The translations under genes were made by a program, and so were the position numbers. The notes under the pieces are model-generated. The model worked only from the letters and a program-made list of their open reading frames with translations, did not search any database and was not told the origin of the DNA. 64,000 nt of DNA from Phoronis australis. Its lineage: Eukaryota > Animalia > Phoronida. Position 1 is the first letter of the stretch. Each line of letters starts with the position of its first letter. Positions 60,116 through 64,000 of the stretch are shown here, one piece after another. The stretch lies in NCBI GenBank assembly GCA_002633005.1, contig NMRA01000007.1, positions 1-64,000 on the forward strand. Reading direction: 5' to 3'.

Positions 60116-60418
60116 GGGATAGTGATAAACCATGACTTGCCACCAAATGATAAGTAGGACAGTTGTTGTAAACAAATAGCCTACCATGGCATAGTTTTCA
60201 CTCCCTGCAATATTCTTATAAAGGACATAACACCTGTGCTGACTGACCACCAGCTGACCAATCACTGATTGAGTCAGGACTTCAGACTTCAATTCAGCCA
60301 AGATTGTCAGTCAGTGGCCGTGCCGCGTGAAGAAATACACAGGTATGTCTCAACGAGAACCAGGAATTGAAACTCGTATTTCAAAAGGTTATCTAAGCAC
60401 GCTTAGAATATAGCATAC

Positions 60419-60451
60419 CTGGTTGATCATGTTAAATCCGTAATCATTCAT
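60419..60451 (-). CDS. Candidate first coding exon of the ASPP gene (MNDYGFNMINQ)
   Basis: ATG AAT GAT TAC GGA TTT AAC ATG ATC AAC CAG|gtatgc: good donor, phase 0 as exon 46734-46875 requires, next to a CpG-enriched promoter-like region. It resembles the short vertebrate ASPP2 first exon (MRFGSKMMP) in size. Would give a 1055-aa protein. Confidence 0.55.
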
Positions 60452-60866
60452 TATGTCCCACTCACACCACAGGTAAACAGGTAAACACCATATTTGAACA
60501 AGTGGTACTCATAAAACACGGCGCTTTATTGAAATATTTTGAATAAATGATAAATTCCCTTTGTATTGAAATTTAATTGTTTTATTTAACTTAAGAAACC
60601 TGATAAATGGTCGAAAAATTTTAAATAGCAGAGACAAATCTTTTTAAATGTTACTTTGCTTTTTGCTTAGACCTTTAATAGGCATGCGCAATAACAAATT
60701 TCCGCAGCAGACGTCTTTTCGTGAACAACGAAGTTCTTTGTGAGAGATCTCCAAGCTGTCTTTTATCTACTCACAGACAATAAATTGCCACTGACAGCGC
60801 GCGAAGTCGCTCGATAAAACTCGGTGCTTATCTCGATATTGTGCTGCATTTTGATCGCCGGTAAGT
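60452..60866. promoter_or_regulatory. Probable bidirectional promoter between ASPP (minus) and ENOPH1 (plus)
   Basis: Local CpG enrichment from about 60680 onward, NRF1-type GCATGCGCA (60682-60690), and a plus-strand donor CCG|gtaagt at 60860/60861 that suits a non-coding ENOPH1 exon 1. A matching acceptor tatttcag lies at 62321-62328. Confidence 0.5.
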
Positions 60867-62352
60867 AAATTTTTTAGTTTCCAAAATCCGGGACGACTTC
60901 AATATTGAAAGAGAAGTCAATTTTGTAGAGTTTTCGGCGTAATTGACTGGATCGCAAGCAAACATGATCGAGCGGCAGTTTTGGTTTCTTTGTCTCTCGG
61001 AGCAGGTGGTCTGAGATCGGTGTTGCAACAAAGAAAAGGGGTGTTATTGGGTATTAAACTTTTAACTTTTTTTAAATTTCCCATTCACTGACTTTACATC
61101 TCTACCGACAAATTTTCTTGCCACTGCCAGTACACTGAGTCTTCAAGCCTTGGGTGCTATTTTTTTCGCTACTTAATTAGTAAAAAGAAACCCACTTCAT
61201 GCCTATCATAAACAGGTATGTTTGCATGTTTCAACTTTGAAGCTAGAATTTCAGTAAATTATGGACATTTTAAGTGAATTGTCTTGTAATTTCTTTGTTA
61301 AAACTTAAAAAAGATTTGTTCTTAAATTGAGATATAACCTAATAACCTGTCATAAACATGATCAAGAGACAAACAGACATGCCTCAGGCTGCATACATTA
61401 GCCTAACAAAATGTGCATCTATTGTAATTTCATAATTTGGTCTTGAAACAGAGCTGAGGTTTTGAACAGTACATACAGTCAGCACGAATCAAAATTTTTA
61501 TTTCATATCACAAAGATAGGAAGAAATGTGAACAGTCTTGGTCTGGTACTTGCACTCTTCGCGATGTCACTTTGATGTCAGATATTATAGAAATTTACTA
61601 TAATTTATAAATTTCGGACTGCATTATAATACATATAGATGAACACGTGTTTTTTTCTTGTGTCACATTCAGCCTGTATTGTGTATAGCCAGATCAAGTG
61701 AAAAAGCATAATGGTGATCTGGAAAACAAATAATCCGTTTGTAACTTAAGAGTAACTCTAAGCTTAACTGAAGACTGTGAAGAACTGATACAGAGTGAGC
61801 TCAGTATTGAAACTAACGTATGACTCCTTAGAAAATTTACCTGCTGAAGTGTTCAATGAGCCTGAACGCTGGATGCTGCCATATTGTCAACTCTATTGCT
61901 ACCTATAGTGAAATGCCATGTGCCATCTTGTGGCAGTACCAATATTGCCACTGTTAAAGTCATCAAAACACGCGGGAAGTGTACCATGCGGTCTCCTACA
62001 TGACAAGATGCTAACACTTTCTATCAGCTGGTAGTGGCTGACATAACACTGTCTTCCTGGATACTGGATTTGTTGAACTATATTCCATTGAATGCTGGCG
62101 ATCAGGTCTTCTTTATCGTTCTTATCCTTTTCAGAATTTTTCCAATAATGAAGTTATTTCATTCGTGTGATGTTCATATTCATCCAAAATGTTCTCACTC
62201 TCAGTGCTAGGGGATATGTTGGGTGTCATGAAGTGGACCATTTTGTTTGAGATAAAAAGTTGTTTTGATGACGTGCAAAAGGACTTCACATAGTTTGACA
62301 ATTATCTTGGCTGTCAACGTTATTTCAGACAACGTACAACAATTCTAGTGAT

Positions 62353-62457
62353 ATGGGTGAGAAAAGAGCTGCTGAACAGTCACCCATCATATCTGAAGAT
62401 GTAAAGGCATTGCTTTTAGACATAGAAGGGACGACAACACCGATTTCATTTGTTCAT
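62353..62457 (+). CDS. ENOPH1: Enolase-phosphatase E1 (methionine salvage HAD hydrolase), first coding exon; gene continues beyond the window
   Basis: MGEKRAAEQSPIISEDVKALLLDIEGTTTPISFVH|gtaagt contains the diagnostic LLDIEGTTTPISFV motif I. Too short for the ORF track. Confidence 0.92.
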
Positions 62458-63032
62458 GTAAGTATTGCGATACAACAAGTCTACAGGCCCTTAGTCTTTG
62501 TGAATGTCAAGGTAAGTTAGTTGTGTGGCCAGAATTATGTTATAGTGCAGCCAGGTAGAAGTAAGGGTCATCAGTCTCATGTAGGAACAGTCATATCTCA
62601 TCAACATTGTAGTCTGACTTTTTGCAGCTCGCAATACACATGTAGGCCTCCACGTGATGTGATTTTCTTATTGTTGCCCTCTGAAACGTTGCCTTTAAAG
62701 GCGAAGGCAACCTTTTTTCATGTCCTTTTGAGCTAAAATAAGGTTGGTTGGTTATCCTAGACATATTTTCCACTTAATTACAGCTTTTCGTAATTTTATT
62801 AATTACTCGTCTGCTACTCCAGAAGTGACGTTTTAGGAGGCAAGCGTTTCCCGCCACTTGGTTTTGCGTTGAGTTTGCCATGCGAATCTGTTCCGTTCTA
62901 CTTTTGTTTTGTGCTGTTTTACAACAATTGTCACCACCACTTTCCATCGGCGAGTATTCTGCGGCAACATAGGTTAGTAGAGAACTCAACTACATTGGAT
63001 TTAGGGATTATTTAGAGTGTTGTAAGCTGAAA

Positions 63033-63331
63033 ATGGCTGGACTCGGTGACCCGTATCACGGTGACGGTAGTGTGAGTGACGGAGACCTTGTTCACAGCAG
63101 TAGTGACGAGGAATTGTTTCACGGACATTCAGTGGGTGGGTACATGTTTGAGCCCGAGTATAACGAGGTAGAGTACGCACTGGCATAGGCAGCTGTTGAG
63201 AGAAACGAGGTGGCTACTGAGGACAGACGTGGTGACACATCTTGGTGCAAATGCACTGTGTGCGTTGTTATGCCTACCTCAATGGAATGCTTGTGCTGTT
63301 CAGAGTTCGACGAGGCCAAGCCACTACTGGA
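63033..63331 (+). pseudogene. Truncated P2X7 C-terminal ballast/nanor-like (KolX-like) Cys-rich protein
   Basis: MAGLGDPY...SSSDEE...GYMFEPEY...ALA*AAVE...RRGDTSWCKCTVCVVMPTSMECLCCSEFDE: Y.FEP and WC.C..C..M....E..CC.E motifs in one frame, with an in-frame TAG at 63186-63188 and no C-terminal half. Confidence 0.75.
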
Positions 63332-64000
63332 CACGGTTAAGTGGACCTCCGGGATACCACGGACAGAGGAACAACTGTCCCACTTGCCAGAGTGTCCCGC
63401 GACACACTCCCACTTGATGGTGACCTGAGCACCCAAACTGCTTACATCGTGTGGTGTGACTCCCTCGCCACACACCTGGCACCTTCTAAATAGCTCCAGC
63501 ACTTTAGACAAGTCCACAATAAACTTATCAAAGTTTGACTCACCGATCTGTTCACTGGACGACGAACTGTCCTCTTCACTGGGTGTCGAACTGGGCCTGT
63601 AATCACTCCCACTACTCAATATCGCTGCAGGGCTGCTTAGAGGCTCTGGGCTGGAGAAAGCAGCACAGGGCGAATCACTACTGGTTCCAGGAATGGCACG
63701 CTCTGGGGTACGTTCGGAGACACGGGCGACAGTAGATGAAAGTGCCTCCACTGGCTGCAGTCACTGTACTGGCCAAAGCTCGCGAGGCTTCTTGCTTCAA
63801 AAACGCACATCTCGGGGGTGGCGACGGGGCACTGCCGGGAATCAACACAGATGGAATGGCATCCTGCTTCAGGCGTTGTTTTGCAGGGACCTTCATCAGT
63901 TCAGCGTACAAATCCCTTTCGTAATCGGATGGCAGAAAGTGTTTGCCACACACACGGTAATTCTCGACTGCTTTGTGCGTTGCATGGACGGGTAACGCTG
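63325..64000 (-). pseudogene. THAP zinc-finger transposase N-terminal fragment
   Basis: RVCGKHFLPSDY...RLKQDAIPSV (THAP C-terminal signature), a frame change near 63750, a Ser/acidic linker, then KFIVDLSKVLELFRRCQVCG...IKWECVAGHSGKWDS...PEVHL. The catalytic DDE region is missing. Confidence 0.75.

Larger units (their letters stand above)
62699..64000. mobile_element. Internally deleted Kolobok-like DNA transposon in the ENOPH1 intron (runs off the window)
   Basis: TTAA (62695-62698) followed by AGGCGAAGGCAACC fits a TTAA|RR Kolobok terminus. Two convergent ORF remnants follow: a Cys-rich P2X7-ballast/KolX-like frame (plus) and a THAP-domain transposase N-terminus (minus). The other terminus is not visible. 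Confidence 0.7.

Noticed and set aside
63119-63751. 210-aa ORF as an independent host gene
   Set aside because: It is a transposase fragment running into the antisense of the KolX-like remnant, inside an ENOPH1 intron.

Overview
AT-rich, intron-containing animal genomic DNA (invertebrate bilaterian by inference), so most entries in the ORF track are exon fragments or noise. Five spliced protein-coding genes can be reconstructed by hand from GT-AG sites with consistent phases. They are SPATA17 (minus, 8 exons, terminal exon not found), a 5-exon class A GPCR with non-canonical motifs (plus), PSMC6/Rpt4 (plus, 9 exons, complete), an ASPP-family gene (minus, about 11 exons over about 35 kb, tail-to-tail with PSMC6) and the first coding exon of ENOPH1 (plus, probably head-to-head with ASPP). 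Introns and spacers hold MITEs, a LINE 3' remnant, a Gypsy LTR/PBS/gag relic, a tRNA-like cloverleaf inside an inverted repeat, and an internally deleted Kolobok-like transposon. The most unusual observations are an 8-copy, ~65-bp array that multiplies a real SPATA17 splice acceptor, an older 60-bp duplication across an ASPP splice donor, the back-to-back fused transposon ORFs, the stem-enclosed tRNA-like element, and interlocked convergent poly(A) signals. I cannot establish a wholly new system from sequence alone. Gene names rest on remembered family sequences, not database searches.
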